A DNA stretch of 64,000 nucleotides from Eledone cirrhosa. Its lineage: Eukaryota. The DNA is taken from the NCBI GenBank assembly GCA_964016885.1, contig OZ024744.1, positions 87,668,001 through 87,732,000 of the forward strand, written 5' to 3'. Each line of letters opens with the position of its first letter. The stretch's first letter is position 1. The notes under the pieces are model-generated. The model was not told the origin of the DNA. It did not search any database and was given only the letters and a program-made list of their open reading frames with translations. Below, piece after piece: positions 1-15,000 of the stretch. Position numbers and translations under genes: made by a program.

Positions 1-3000
1 ATCTATTGTTGTTGTTGTTACCATCTCTCCCTTCAACAGTTGGTACCAACAGTGACACCAAAGTGTCTCTATCTCCCTTGTTCCTATCTATTGTTGTTGT
101 TGTTACCATCTCTCCCTTCAACAGTTGGTACCAACAGTGACACCAAAGTGTCTCTATCTCCCTTGTTCCTATCTATTGTTGTTGTTGTTACCATCTCTCC
201 CTTCAACAGTTGGTACCAACAGTGACACCAAAGTGTCTCTATCTCCCTTGTTCCTATCTATTGTTGTTGTTGTTACCATCTCTCCCTTCAACAGTTGGTA
301 CCAACAGTGACACCAAAGTGTCTCTATCTCCCTTGTTCCTATCTATTGTTGTTGTTGTTACCATCTCTCCCTTCAACAGTTGGTACCAACAGTGACAGCA
401 AAGTGTCTCTATCTCCCTTGTTCCTATCTATTGTTGTTGTTACCATCTCTCCCTTCAACAGTAGGTACCAACAGTGACACCAAAGTGTCTCTATCTCCCT
501 TGTTCCTATCTATTGTTGTTGTTGTTACCATCTCTCCCTTCAACAGTTGGTACCAACAGTGACAGCAAAGTGTCTCTATCTCCCTTGTTCCTATCTATTG
601 TTGTTGTTACCATCTCTCCCTTCAACAGTTGGTACCAACAGTGACACCAAAGTGTCTCTATCTCCCTTGTTCCTATCTATTGTTGTTGTTGTTACCATCT
701 CTCCCTTCAACAGTTGGTACCAACAGTGACAGCAAAGTGTCTCTATCTCCCTTGTTCCTATCTATTGTTGTTTGTTACCATCTCTCCCTTCAACAGTTGG
801 TACCAACAGTGACACCAAAGTGTCTCTATCTCCCTTGTTCCTATCTATTGTTGTTGTTGTTACCATCTCTCCCTTCAACAGTTGGTACCAACAGTGACAC
901 CAAAGTGTCTCTATCTCCCCTGTTCCTATCTATTGTTGTTGTTGTTACCATCTCTCCCTTCAACAGTTGGTACCAACAGTGACACCAAAGTGTCTCTATC
1001 TCCCTTGTTCCTATCTATTGTTGTTGTTGTTACCATCTCTCCCTTCAACAGTTGGTACCAACAGTGACACCAAAGTGTCTCTATCTCCCTTGTTCCTATC
1101 TATTGTTGTTGTTGTTACCATCTCTCCCTTCAACAGTTGGTACCAACAGTGACACCAAAGTGTCTCTATCTCCCTTGTTCCTATCTATTGTTGTTGTTGT
1201 TACCATCTCTCCCTTCAACAGTTGGTACCAACAGTGACACCAAAGTGTCTCTATCTCCCTTGTTCCTATCCTATTGTTGTTGTTGTTACTATCTCTCCCT
1301 TCAACAGTTGGTACCAACAGTGACACCAAAGTGTCTCTATCTCCCTTGTTCCTATCTATTGTTGTTGTTACCATCTCTCCCTTCAACAGTTGGTACCAAC
1401 AGTGACACCAAAGTGTCTCTATCTCCCTTGTTCCTATCTATTGTTGTTGTTGTTACCATCTCTCCCTTCAACAGTTGGTACCAACAGTGACACCAAAGTG
1501 TCTCTATCTCCCTTGTTCCTATCTATTGTTGTTGTTGTTACCATCTCTCCCTTCAACAGTTGGTACCAACAGTGACACCAAAGTGTCTCTATCTCCCTTG
1601 TTCCTATCTATTGTTGTTGTTGTTACCATCTCTCCCTTCAACAGTTGGTACCAACAGTGACACCAAAGTGTCTCTATCTCCCTTGTTCCTATCTATTGTT
1701 GTTGTTGTTACCATCTCTCCCTTCAACAGTTGGTACCAACAGTGACACCAAAGTGTCTCTATCTCCCTTGTTCCTATCTATTGTTGTTGTTACTATCTCT
1801 CCCTTCAACAGTTGGTACCAACAGTGACACCAAAGTGTCTCTATCTCCCTTGTTCCTATCTATTGTTGTTGTTGTTACCATCTCTCCCTTCAACAGTTGG
1901 TACCAACAGTGACACCAAAGTGTCTCTATCTCCCTTGTTCCTATCTATTGTTGTTGTTGTTACCATCTCTCCCTTCAACAGTTGGTACCAACAGTGACAC
2001 CAAAGTGTCTCTATCTCCCTTGTTCCTATCTATTGTTGTTGTTGTTACCATCTCTCCCTTCAACAGTTGGTACCAACAGTGACAGCAAAGTGTCTCTATC
2101 TCCCTTGTTCCTATCTATTGTTGTTGTTGTTACCATCTCTCCCTTCAACAGTTGGTACCAACAGTGACACCAAAGTGTCTCTATCTCCCTTGTTCCTATC
2201 TATTGTTGTTGTTGTTACTATCTCTCCCTTCAACAGTTGGTACCAACAGTGACACCAAAGTGTCTCTATCTCCCTTGTTCCTATCTATTGTTGTTGTTAC
2301 TATCTCTCCCTTCAACAGTTGGTACCAACAGTGACACCAAAGTGTCTCTATCTCCCTTGTTCCTATCTATTGTTGTTGTTGTTACCATCTCTCCCTTCAA
2401 CAGTTGGTACCAACAGTGACACCAAAGTGTCTCTATCTCCCTTGTTCCTATCTATTGTTGTTGTTGTTACTATCTCTCCCTTCAACAGTTGGTACCAACA
2501 GTGACACCAAAGTGTCTCTATCTCCCTTGTTCCTATCTATTGTTGTTGTTACTATCTCTCCCTCCAACAGTTGGTACGTGACACCAAAGTGTCTCTATCT
2601 CCCTTGTTCCTATCTATTGTTGTTGTTACCATCTCTCCCTTCAACAGTTGGTACCAACAGTGACACCAAAGTGTCTCTATCTCCCTTGTTCCTATCTATT
2701 GTTGTTGTTGTTACCATCTCTCCCTTCAACAGTTGGTACCAACAGTGACACCAAAGTGTCTCTATCTCCCTTGTTCCTATCTATTGTTGTTGTTGTTACC
2801 ATCTCTCCCTTCAACAGTTGGTACCAACAGTGACACCAAAGTGTCTCTATCTCCCTTGTTCCTATCTATTGTTGTTGTTGTTACTATCTCTCCCTTCAAC
2901 AGTTGGTACCAACAGTGACACCAAAGTGTCTCTATCTCCCTTGTTCCTATCTATTGTTGTTGTTACCATCTCTCCCTTCAACAGTTGGTACCAACAGTGA

Positions 3001-6000
3001 CACCAAAGTGTCTCTATCTCCCTTGTACCTATCTATTGTTGTTGTTGTTACCATCTCTCCCTTCAACAGTAGGTACCAACAGTGACACCAAAGTGTCTCT
3101 ATCTCCCTTGTACCTATCTATTGTTGTTGTTGTTACCATCTCTCCCTTCAACAGTTGGTACCAACAGTGACACCAAAGTGTCTCTATCTCCCTTGTTCCT
3201 ATCTATTGTTGTTGTTACCATCTCTCCCTTCAACAGTTGGTACCAACAGTGACACCAAAGTGTCTCTATCTCCCTTGTTCCTATCTATTGTTGTTGTTGT
3301 TACCAACTCTCCCTTCAACAGTTGGTACCAACAGTGACACCAAAGTGTCTCTATCTCCCTTGTTCCTATCTATTGTTGTTGTTGTTGTTACTATCTCTCC
3401 CTTCAACAGTTGGTACCAACAGTGACACCAAAGTGTCTCTATCTCCCTTGTTCCCATCTATTGTTGTTGTTGTTACCATCTCTCCCTTCAACAGATGGTA
3501 CCAACAGTGACACCAAAGTGTCTCTATCTCCCTTGTTCCTATCTATTGTTGTTGTTGTTACCATCTCTCCCTTCAACAGTAGGTACCAACAGTGACACCA
3601 AAGTGTCTCTATCTCCCTTGTTCCTATCTATTGTTGTTGTTACCATCTCTCCCTTCAACAGTTGGTACCAACAGTGACACCAAAGTGTCTCTATCTCCCC
3701 TGTTCCTATCTATTGTTGTTGTTGTTACCATCTCTCCCTTCAACAGTTGGTACCAACAGTGACACCAAATTGTCTCTATATCCCTTGTTCCTATCTATTG
3801 TTGTTGTTACCATCTCTCCCTTCAACAGTTGGTACCAACAGTGACACCAAAGTGTCTCTATCTCCCCTGTTCCTATCTATTGTTGTTGTTGTTACCATCT
3901 CTCCCTTCAACAGTTGGTACCAACAGTGACACCAAAGTGTCTCTATCTCCCTTGTTCCTATCTATTGTTGTTGTTACCATCTCTCCCTTCAACAGTTGGT
4001 ACCAACAGTGACACCAAAGTGTCTCTATCTCCCCTGTTCCTATCTATTGTTGTTGTTGTTACCATCTCTCCCTTCAACAGTTGGTACCAACAGTGACACC
4101 AAAGTGTCTCTATCTCCCATGTTCCTATCTATTGTTGTTGTTGTTACCATCTCTCCCTTCAACAGTTGGTACCAACAGTGACACCAAAGTGTCTCTATCT
4201 CCCTTGTTCCTATCTATTGTTGTTGTTGTTACCATCTCTCCCTTCAACAGTAGGTACCTGCAGTGACACCAAAGTGTCTCTATATCCCTTGTTCCTATCT
4301 ATTGTTGTTGTTGTTACCATCTCTCCCTTCAACAGTTGGTACCAACAGTGACAGCAAAGTGTCTCTATATCCCTTGTTCCTATCTATTGTTGTTGTTGTT
4401 ACTATCTCTCCCTTCAACAGTTGGTACCAACAGTGACACCAAAGTGTCTCTATCTCCCTTGTTCCCATCTATTGTTGTTGTTGTTACCATCTCTCCCTTC
4501 AACAGTTGGTACCAACAGTGACACCAAAGTGTCTCTATCTCCCTTGTTCCTATCTATTGTTGTTGTTGTTACCATCTCTCCCTTCAACAGTTGGTACCAA
4601 CAGTGACACCAAAGTGTCTCTATCTCCCTTGTTCCTATCTATTGTTGTTGTTACCATCTCTCCCTTCAACAGTTGGTACCAACAGTGACACCAAAGTGTC
4701 TCTATCTCCCTTGTTCCTATCTATTGTTGTTGTTGTTACCATCTCTCCCTTCAACAGTTGGTACCAACAGTGACAGCAAAGTGTCTCTATCTCCCTTGTT
4801 CCTATCTATTGTTGTTGTTGTTACCATCTCTCCCTTCAACAGTTGGTACCAACAGTGACACCAAAGTGTCTCTATCTCCCTTGTTCCTATCTATTGTTGT
4901 TGTTGTTACCATCTCTCCCTTCAACAGTTGGTACCAACAGTGACACCAAAGTGTCTCTATCTCCCTTGTTCCTATCTATTGTTGTTGTTGTTACCATCTC
5001 TCCCTTCAACAGTTGGTACCAACAGTGACACCAAAGTGTCTCTATCTCCCTTGTTCCTATCTATTGTTGTTGTTACCATCTCTCCCTTCAACAGTTGGTA
5101 CCAACAGTGACACCAAAGTGTCTCTATCTCCCTTGTTCCTATCTATTGTTGTTGTTGTTACCATCTCTCCCTTCAACAGTAGGTACCAACAGTGACACCA
5201 AAGTGTCTCTATCTCCCTTGTTCCTATCTATTGTTGTTGTTACTATCTCTCCCTTCAACAGTTGGTACCAACAGTGACACCAAAGTGTCTCTATCTCCCT
5301 TGTTCCTATCTATTGTTGTTGTTGTTACCATCTCTCCCTTCAACAGTAGGTACCAACAGTGACACCAAAGTGTCTCTATCTCCCTTGTTCCTATCTATTG
5401 TTGTTGTTGTTACCATCTCTCCCTTCAACAGTTGGTACCAACAGTGACACCAAAGTGTCTCTATCTCCCTTGTTCCTATCTATTGTTGTTGTTGTTACCA
5501 TCTCTCCCTTCAACAGTAGGTACCAACAGTGACACCAAAGTGTCTCTATCTCCCTTGTTCCTATCTATTGTTGTTGTTACTATCTCTCCCTCCAACAGTT
5601 GGTACCAACAGTGACACCAAAGTGTCTCTATCTCCCTTGTTCCCATCTATTGTTGTTGTTGTTACCATCTCTCCCTTCAACAGATGGTACCAACAGTGAC
5701 ACCAAAGTGTCTCTATCTCCCTTGTTCCTATCTATTGTTGTTGTTACTATCTCTCCCTCCAACAGTTGGTACCAACAGTGACACCAAAGTGTCTCTATCT
5801 CCCTTGTTCCTATCTATTGTTGTTGTTGTTACTATCTCTCCCTTCAACAGTTGGTACCAACAGTGACACCAAAGTGTCTCTATCTCCCTTGTTCCTATCT
5901 ATTGTTGTTGTTGTTACCATCTCTCCCTTCAACAGTTGGTACCAACAGTGACACCAAAGTGTCTCTATATCCCTTGTTCCTATCTATTGTTGTTGTTGTT

Positions 6001-9000
6001 ACCATCTCTCCCTTCAACAGTTGGTACCAACAGTGACACCAAAGTGTCTCTATCTCCCTTGTTCCTATCTATTGTTGTTGTTACCATCTCTCCCTTCAAC
6101 AGTTGGTACCAACAGTGACACCAAAGTGTCTCTATCTCCCTTGTTCCTATCTATTGTTGTTGTTGTTACCATCTCTCCCTTCAACAGTTGGTACCAACAG
6201 TGACACCAAAGTGTCTCTATCTCCCTTGTAATTATCTATTGTTGTTGTTGTTACCATCTCTCCCTTCAACAGTTGGTACCAACAGTGACACCAAAGTGTC
6301 TCTATCTCCCTTGTTCCTATCTATTGTTGTTGTTGTTACTATCTCTCCCTTCAACAGTTGGTACCAACAGTGACACCAAAGTGTCTCTATCTCCCTTGTT
6401 CCTATCTATTGTTGTTGTTACCATCTCTCCCTTCAACAGTTTGTACCAACAGTGACACCAAAGTGTCTCTATCTCCCTTGTACCTATCTATTGTTGTTGT
6501 TGTTACCATCTCTCCCTTCAACAGTAGGTACCAACAGTGACACCAAAGTGTCTCTATCTCCCTTGTACCTATCTATTGTTGTTGTTGTTACCATCTCTCC
6601 CTTCAACAGTTGGTACCAACAGTGACACCAAAGTGTCTCTATCTCCCTTGTTCCTATCTATTGTTGTTGTTACCATCTCTCCCTTCAACAGTTGGTACCA
6701 ACAGTGACACCAAAGTGTCTCTATCTCCCTTGTTCCTATCTATTGTTGTTGTTGTTACCAACTCTCCCTTCAACAGTTGGTACCAACAGTGACACCAAAG
6801 TGTCTCTATCTCCCTTCTTCCTATCTATTGTTGTTGTTGTTACTATCTCTCCCTCTAACAGTTGGTACCAACAGTGACACCAAAGTGTCTCTATCTCCCT
6901 TGTTCCCATCTATTGTTGTTGTTGTTACCATCTCTCCCTTCAACAGATGGTACCAACAGTGACACCAAAGTGTCTCTATCTCCCTTGTTCCTATCTATTG
7001 TTGTTGTTGTTACCATCTCTCCCTTCAACAGTAGGTACCAACAGTGACACCAAAGTGTCTCTATCTCCCTTGTTCCTATCTATTGTTGTTGTTACCATCT
7101 CTCCCTTCAACAGTTGGTACCAACAGTGACACCAAAGTGTCTCTATCTCCCCTGTTCCTATCTATTGTTGTTGTTGTTACCATCTCTCCCTTCAACAGTT
7201 GGTACCAACAGTGACACCAAATTGTCTCTATATCCCTTGTTCCTATCTATTGTTGTTGTTACCATCTCTCCCTTCAACAGTTGGTACCAACAGTGACACC
7301 AAAGTGTCTCTATCTCCCCTGTTCCTATCTATTGTTGTTGTTGTTACCATCTCTCCCTTCAACAGTTGGTACCAACAGTGACACCAAAGTGTCTCTATCT
7401 CCCTTGTTCCTATCTATTGTTGTTGTTACCATCTCTCCCTTCAACAGTTGGTACCAACAGTGACACCAAAGTGTCTCTATCTCCCCTGTTCCTATCTATT
7501 GTTGTTGTTGTTACCATCTCTCCCTTCAACAGTTGGTACCAACAGTGACACCAAAGTGTCTCTATCTCCCATGTTCCTATCTATTGTTGTTGTTGTTACC
7601 ATCTCTCCCTTCAACAGTTGGTACCAACAGTGACACCAAAGTGTCTCTATCTCCCTTGTTCCTATCTATTGTTGTTGTTGTTACCATCTCTCCCTTCAAC
7701 AGTAGGTACCAGCAGTGACACCAAAGTGTCTCTATATCCCTTGTTCCTATCTATTGTTGTTGTTGTTACCATCTCTCCCTTCAACAGTTGGTACCAACAG
7801 TGACAGCAAAGTGTCTCTATATCCCTTGTTCCTATCTATTGTTGTTGTTGTTACTATCTCTCCCTTCAACAGTTGGTACCAACAGTGACACCAAAGTGTC
7901 TCTATCTCCCTTGTTCCCATCTATTGTTGTTGTTGTTACCATCTCTCCCTTCAACAGTTGGTACCAACAGTGACACCAAAGTGTCTCTATCTCCCTTGTT
8001 CCTATCTATTGTTGTTGTTGTTACCATCTCTCCCTTCAACAGTTGGTACCAACAGTGACACCAAAGTGTCTCTATCTCCCTTGTTCCTATCTATTGTTGT
8101 TGTTACCATCTCTCCCTTCAACAGTTGGTACCAACAGTGACACCAAAGTGTCTCTATCTCCCTTGTTCCTATCTATTGTTGTTGTTGTTACCATCTCTCC
8201 CTTCAACAGTTGGTACCAACAGTGACAGCAAAGTGTCTCTATCTCCCTTGTTCCTATCTATTGTTGTTGTTGTTACCATCTCTCCCTTCAACAGTTGGTA
8301 CCAACAGTGACACCAAAGTGTCTCTATCTCCCTTGTTCCTATCTATTGTTGTTGTTGTTACCATCTCTCCCTTCAACAGTTGGTACCAACAGTGACACCA
8401 AAGTGTCTCTATCTCCCTTGTTCCTATCTATTGTTGTTGTTGTTACCATCTCTCCCTTCAACAGTTGGTACCAACAGTGACACCAAAGTGTCTCTATCTC
8501 CCTTGTTCCTATCTATTGTTGTTGTTACCATCTCTCCCTTCAACAGTTGGTACCAACAGTGACACCAAAGTGTCTCTATCTCCCTTGTTCCTATCTATTG
8601 TTGTTGTTGTTACCATCTCTCCCTTCAACAGTAGGTACCAACAGTGACACCAAAGTGTCTCTATCTCCCTTGTTCCTATCTATTGTTGTTGTTACTATCT
8701 CTCCCTTCAACAGTTGGTACCAACAGTGACACCAAAGTGTCTCTATCTCCCTTGTTCCTATCTATTGTTGTTGTTGTTACCATCTCTCCCTTCAACAGTA
8801 GGTACCAACAGTGACACCAAAGTGTCTCTATCTCCCTTGTTCCTATCTATTGTTGTTGTTGTTACCATCTCTCCCTTCAACAGTTGGTACCAACAGTGAC
8901 ACCAAAGTGTCTCTATCTCCCTTGTTCCTATCTATTGTTGTTGTTGTTACCATCTCTCCCTTCAACAGTAGGTACCAACAGTGACACCAAAGTGTCTCTA

Positions 9001-12000
9001 TCTCCCTTGTTCCTATCTATTGTTGTTGTTGTTACCATCTCTCCCTTCAACAGATGGTACCAACAGTGACACCAAAGTATCTCTATCTCCCTTGTTCCTA
9101 TCTATTGTTGTTGTTACCATCTCTCCCTTCAACAGTTGGTACCAACAGTGACACCAAAGTGTCTCTATCTCCCTTGTTCCTATCTATTGTTGTTGTTGTT
9201 ACCATCTCTCCCTTCAACAGTTGGTACCAACAGTGACACCAAAGTGTCTCTATCTCCCTTGTTCCTATCTATTGTTGTTGTTGTTACCATCTCTCCCTTC
9301 AACAGTTGGTACCAACAGTGACACCAAAGTGTCTCTATCTCCCTTGTTCCTATCTATTGTTGTTGTTACCATCTCTCCCTTCAACAGTTGGTACCAACAG
9401 TGACAGCAAAGTGTCTCTATCTCCCTTGTTCCTATCTATTGTTGTTGTTGTTACCATCTCTCCCTTCAACAGTTGGTACCAACAGTGACACCAAAGTGTC
9501 TCTATCTCCCTTGTTCCTATCTATTGTTGTTGTTGTTACCATCTCTCCCTTCAACAGTTGGTACCAACAGTGACACCAAAGTGTCTCTATCTCCCTTGTT
9601 CCTATCTATTGTTGTTGTTGTTACCATCTCTCCCTTCAACAGTTGGTACCAACAGTGACACCAAAGTGTCTCTATCTCCCTTGTTCCTATCTATTGTTGT
9701 TGTTACCATCTCTCCCTTCAACAGTTGGTACCAACAGTGACACCAAAGTGTCTCTATCTCCCTTGTTCCTATCTATTGTTGTTGTTGTTACCATCTCTCC
9801 CTTCAACAGTAGGTACCAACAGTGACACCAAAGTGTCTCTATCTCCCTTGTTCCTATCTATTGTTGTTGTTACTATCTCTCCCTTCAACAGTTGGTACCA
9901 ACAGTGACACCAAAGTGTCTCTATCTCCCTTGTTCCTATCTATTGTTGTTGTTGTTACCATCTCTCCCTTCAACAGTAGGTACCAACAGTGACACCAAAG
10001 TGTCTCTATCTCCCTTGTTCCTATCTATTGTTGTTGTTGTTACCATCTCTCCCTTCAACAGTTGGTACCAACAGTGACACCAAAGTGTCTCTATCTCCCT
10101 TGTTCCTATCTATTGTTGTTGTTGTTACCATCTCTCCCTTCAACAGTAGGTACCAACAGTGACACCAAAGTGTCTCTATCTCCCTTGTTCCTATCTATTG
10201 TTGTTGTTACTATCTCTCCCTCCAACAGTTGGTACCAACAGTGACACCAAAGTGTCTCTATCTCCCTTGTTCCCATCTATTGTTGTTGTTGTTACCATCT
10301 CTCCCTTCAACAGATGGTACCAACAGTGACACCAAAGTGTCTCTATCTCCCTTGTTCCTATCTATTGTTGTTGTTACTATCTCTCCCTCCAACAGTTGGT
10401 ACCAACAGTGACACCAAAGTGTCTCTATCTCCCTTGTTCCTATCTATTGTTGTTGTTGTTACTATCTCTCCCTTCAACAGTTGGTACCAACAGTGACACC
10501 AAAGTGTCTCTATCTCCCTTGTTCCTATCTATTGTTGTTGTTGTTACCATCTCTCCCTTCAACAGTTGGTACCAACAGTGACACCAAAGTGTCTCTATCT
10601 CCCTTGTTCCTATCTATTGTTGTTGTTGTTACTATCTCTCCCTTCAACAGTTGGTACCAACAGTGACACCAAAGTGTCTCTATCTCCCTTGTTCCTATCT
10701 ATTGTTGTTGTTGTTACCATCTCTCCCTTCAACAGTTGGTACCAACAGTGACACCAAAGTGTCTCTATATCCCTTGTTCCTATCTATTGTTGTTGTTGTT
10801 ACCATCTCTCCCTTCAACAGTTGGTACCAACAGTGACACCAAAGTGTCTCTATCTCCCTTGTTCCTATCTATTGTTGTTGTTACCATCTCTCCCTTCAAC
10901 AGTTGGTACCAACAGTGACACCAAAGTGTCTCTATCTCCCTTGTTCCTATCTATTGTTGTTGTTGTTACCATCTCTCCCTTCAACAGTTGGTACCAACAG
11001 TGACACCAAAGTGTCTCTATCTCCCTTGTTCCTATCTATTGTTGTTGTTGTTACCATCTCTCCCTTCAACAGTTGGTACCAACAGTGACACCAAAGTGTC
11101 TCTATCTCCCTTGTTCCTATCTATTGTTGTTGTTGTTACTATCTCTCCCTTCAACAGTTGGTACCAACAGTGACACCAAAGTGTCTCTATCTCCCTTGTT
11201 CCTATCTATTGTTGTTGTTACTATCTCTCCCTTCAACAGTTGGTACCAACAGTGACACCAAAGTGTCTCTATCTCCCTTGTACCTATCTATTGTTGTTGT
11301 TGTTACCATCTCTCCCTTCAACAGTAGGTACCAACAGTGACACCAAAGTGTCTCTATCTCCCTTGTACCTATCTATTGTTGTTGTTGTTACCATCTCTCC
11401 CTTCAACAGTTGGTACCAACAGTGACACCAAAGTGTCTCTATCTCCCTTGTTCCTATCTATTGTTGTTGTTACCATCTCTCCCTTCAACAGTTGGTACCA
11501 ACAGTGACACCAAAGTGTCTCTATCTCCCTTGTTCCTATCTATTGTTGTTGTTGTTACCAACTCTCCCTTCAACAGTTGGTACCAACAGTGACACCAAAG
11601 TGTCTCTATCTCCCTTGTTCCTATCTATTGTTGTTGTTGTTACTATCTCTCCCTCTAACAGTTGGTACCAACAGTGACACCAAAGTGTCTCTATCTCCCT
11701 TGTTCCCATCTATTGTTGTTGTTGTTACCATCTCTCCCTTCAACAGATGGTACCAACAGTGACACCAAAGTGTCTCTATCTCCCTTGTTCCTATCTATTG
11801 TTGTTGTTGTTACCATCTCTCCCTTCAACAGTAGGTACCAACAGTGACACCAAAGTGTCTCTATCTCCCTTGTTCCTATCTATTGTTGTTGTTACCATCT
11901 CTCCCTTCAACAGTTGGTACCAACAGTGACACCAAAGTGTCTCTATCTCCCCTGTTCCTATCTATTGTTGTTGTTGTTACCATCTCTCCCTTCAACAGTT

Positions 12001-15000
12001 GGTACCAACAGTGACACCAAATTGTCTCTATATCCCTTGTTCCTATCTATTGTTGTTGTTACCATCTCTCCCTTCAACAGTTGGTACCAACAGTGACACC
12101 AAAGTGTCTCTATCTCCCCTGTTCCTATCTATTGTTGTTGTTGTTACCATCTCTCCCTTCAACAGTTGGTACCAACAGTGACACCAAAGTGTCTCTATCT
12201 CCCTTGTTCCTATCTATTGTTGTTTTTACCATCTCTCCCTTCAACAGTTGGTACCAACAGTGACACCAAAGTGTCTCTATCTCCCCTGTTCCTATCTATT
12301 GTTGTTGTTGTTACCATCTCTCCCTTCAACAGTTGGTACCAACAGTGACACCAAAGTGTCTCTATCTCCCATGTTCCTATCTATTGTTGTTGTTGTTACC
12401 ATCTCTCCCTTCAACAGTTGGTACCAACAGTGACACCAAAGTGTCTCTATCTCCCTTGTTCCTATCTATTGTTGTTGTTGTTACCATCTCTTCCTTCAAC
12501 AGTAGGTACCAGCAGTGACACCAAAGTGTCTCTATATCCCTTGTTCCTATCTATTGTTGTTGTTGTTACCATCTCTCCCTTCAACAGTTGGTACCAACAG
12601 TGACAGCAAAGTGTCTCTATATCCCTTGTTCCTATCTATTGTTGTTGTTGTTACTATCTCTCCCTTCAACAGTTGGTACCAACAGTGACACCAAAGTGTC
12701 TCTATCTCCCTTGTTCCCATCTATTGTTGTTGTTGTTACCATCTCTCCCTTCAACAGTTGGTACCAACAGTGACACCAAAGTGTCTCTATCTCCCTTGTT
12801 CCTATCTATTGTTGTTGTTGTTACCATCTCTCCCTTCAACAGTTGGTACCAACAGTGACACCAAAGTGTCTCTATCTCCCTTGTTCCTATCTATTGTTGT
12901 TGTTACCATCTCTCCCTTCAACAGTTGGTACCAACAGTGACACCAAAGTGTCTCTATCTCCCTTGTTCCTATCTATTGTTGTTGTTGTTACCATCTCTCC
13001 CTTCAACAGTTGGTACCAACAGTGACAGCAAAGTGTCTCTATCTCCCTTGTTCCTATCTATTGTTGTTGTTGTTACCATCTCTCCCTTCAACAGTTGGTA
13101 CCAACAGTGACACCAAAGTGTCTCTATCTCCCTTGTTCCTATCTATTGTTGTTGTTGTTACCATCTCTCCCTTCAACAGTTGGTACCAACAGTGACACCA
13201 AAGTGTCTCTATCTCCCTTGTTCCTATCTATTGTTGTTGTTGTTACCATCTCTCCCTTCAACAGTTGGTACCAACAGTGACACCAAAGTGTCTCTATCTC
13301 CCTTGTTCCTATCTATTGTTGTTGTTACCATCTCTCCCTTCAACAGTTGGTACCAACAGTGACACCAAAGTGTCTCTATCTCCCTTGTTCCTATCTATTG
13401 TTGTTGTTGTTACCATCTCTCCCTTCAACAGTAGGTACCAACAGTGACACCAAAGTGTCTCTATCTCCCTTGTTCCTATCTATTGTTGTTGTTACTATCT
13501 CTCCCTTCAACAGTTGGTACCAACAGTGACACCAAAGTGTCTCTATCTCCCTTGTTCCTATCTATTGTTGTTGTTGTTACCATCTCTCCCTTCAACAGTA
13601 GGTACCAACAGTGACACCAAAGTGTCTCTATCTCCCTTGTTCCTATCTATTGTTGTTGTTGTTACCATCTCTCCCTTCAACAGTTGGTACCAACAGTGAC
13701 ACCAAAGTGTCTCTATCTCCCTTGTTCCTATCTATTGTTGTTGTTGTTACCATCTCTCCCTTCAACAGTAGGTACCAACAGTGACACCAAAGTGTCTCTA
13801 TCTCCCTTGTTCCTATCTATTGTTGTTGTTGTTACCATCTCTCCCTTCAACAGATGGTACCAACAGTGACACCAAAGTATCTCTATCTCCCTTGTTCCTA
13901 TCTATTGTTGTTGTTACCATCTCTCCCTTCAACAGTTGGTACCAACAGTGACACCAAAGTGTCTCTATCTCCCTTGTTCCTATCTATTGTTGTTGTTGTT
14001 ACCATCTCTCCCTTCAACAGTTGGTACCAACAGTGACACCAAAGTGTCTCTATCTCCCTTGTTCCTATCTATTGTTGTTGTTACCATCTCTCCCTTCAAC
14101 AGTTGGTACCAACAGTGACACCAAAGTGTCTCTATCTCCCTTGTTCCTATCTATTGTTGTTGTTACCATCTCTCCCTTCAACAGTAGGTACCAACAGTGA
14201 CACCAAAGTGTCTCTATCTCCCCTGTTCCTATCTATTGTTGTTGTTGTTACCATCTCTCCCTTCAACAGTAGGTACCAACAGTGACACCAAAGTGTCTCT
14301 ATCTCCCTTGTTCCTATCTATTGTTGTTGTTGTTACCATCTCTCCCTTCAACAGTTGGTACCAACAGTGACACCAAAGTATCTCTATCTCTCTTGTTCCT
14401 ATATATTGTTGTTGTTGTTACTATCTCTCCCTTCAACACATGGTACCAACAGTGACACCAAAGTGTCTCTATCTCCCTTGTTCCTATCTATTGTTGTTGT
14501 TGTTACCATCTCTCCCTTCAACAGTTGGTACCAACAGTGACACCAAAGTGTCTCTATCTCCCTTGTTCCTATCTATTGTTGTTGTTGTTACCATCTCTCC
14601 CTTCAACAGTAGGTACCAACAGTGACACCAAAGTGTCTCTATCTCCCTTGTTCCTATCTATTGTTGTTGTTACTATCTCTCCCTCCAACAGTTGGTACCA
14701 ACAGTGACACCAAAGTGTCTCTATCTCCCTTGTTCCCATCTATTGTTGTTGTTGTTACCATCTCTCCCTTCAACAGATGGTACCAACAGTGACACCAAAG
14801 TGTCTCTATCTCCCTTGTTCCTATCTATTGTTGTTGTTACTATCTCTCCCTCCAACAGTTGGTACCAACAGTGACACCAAAGTGTCTCTATCTCCCTTGT
14901 TCCTATCTATTGTTGTTGTTGTTACTATCTCTCCCTTCAACAGTTGGTACCAACAGTGACACCAAAGTGTCTCTATCTCCCTTGTTCCTATCTATTGTTG

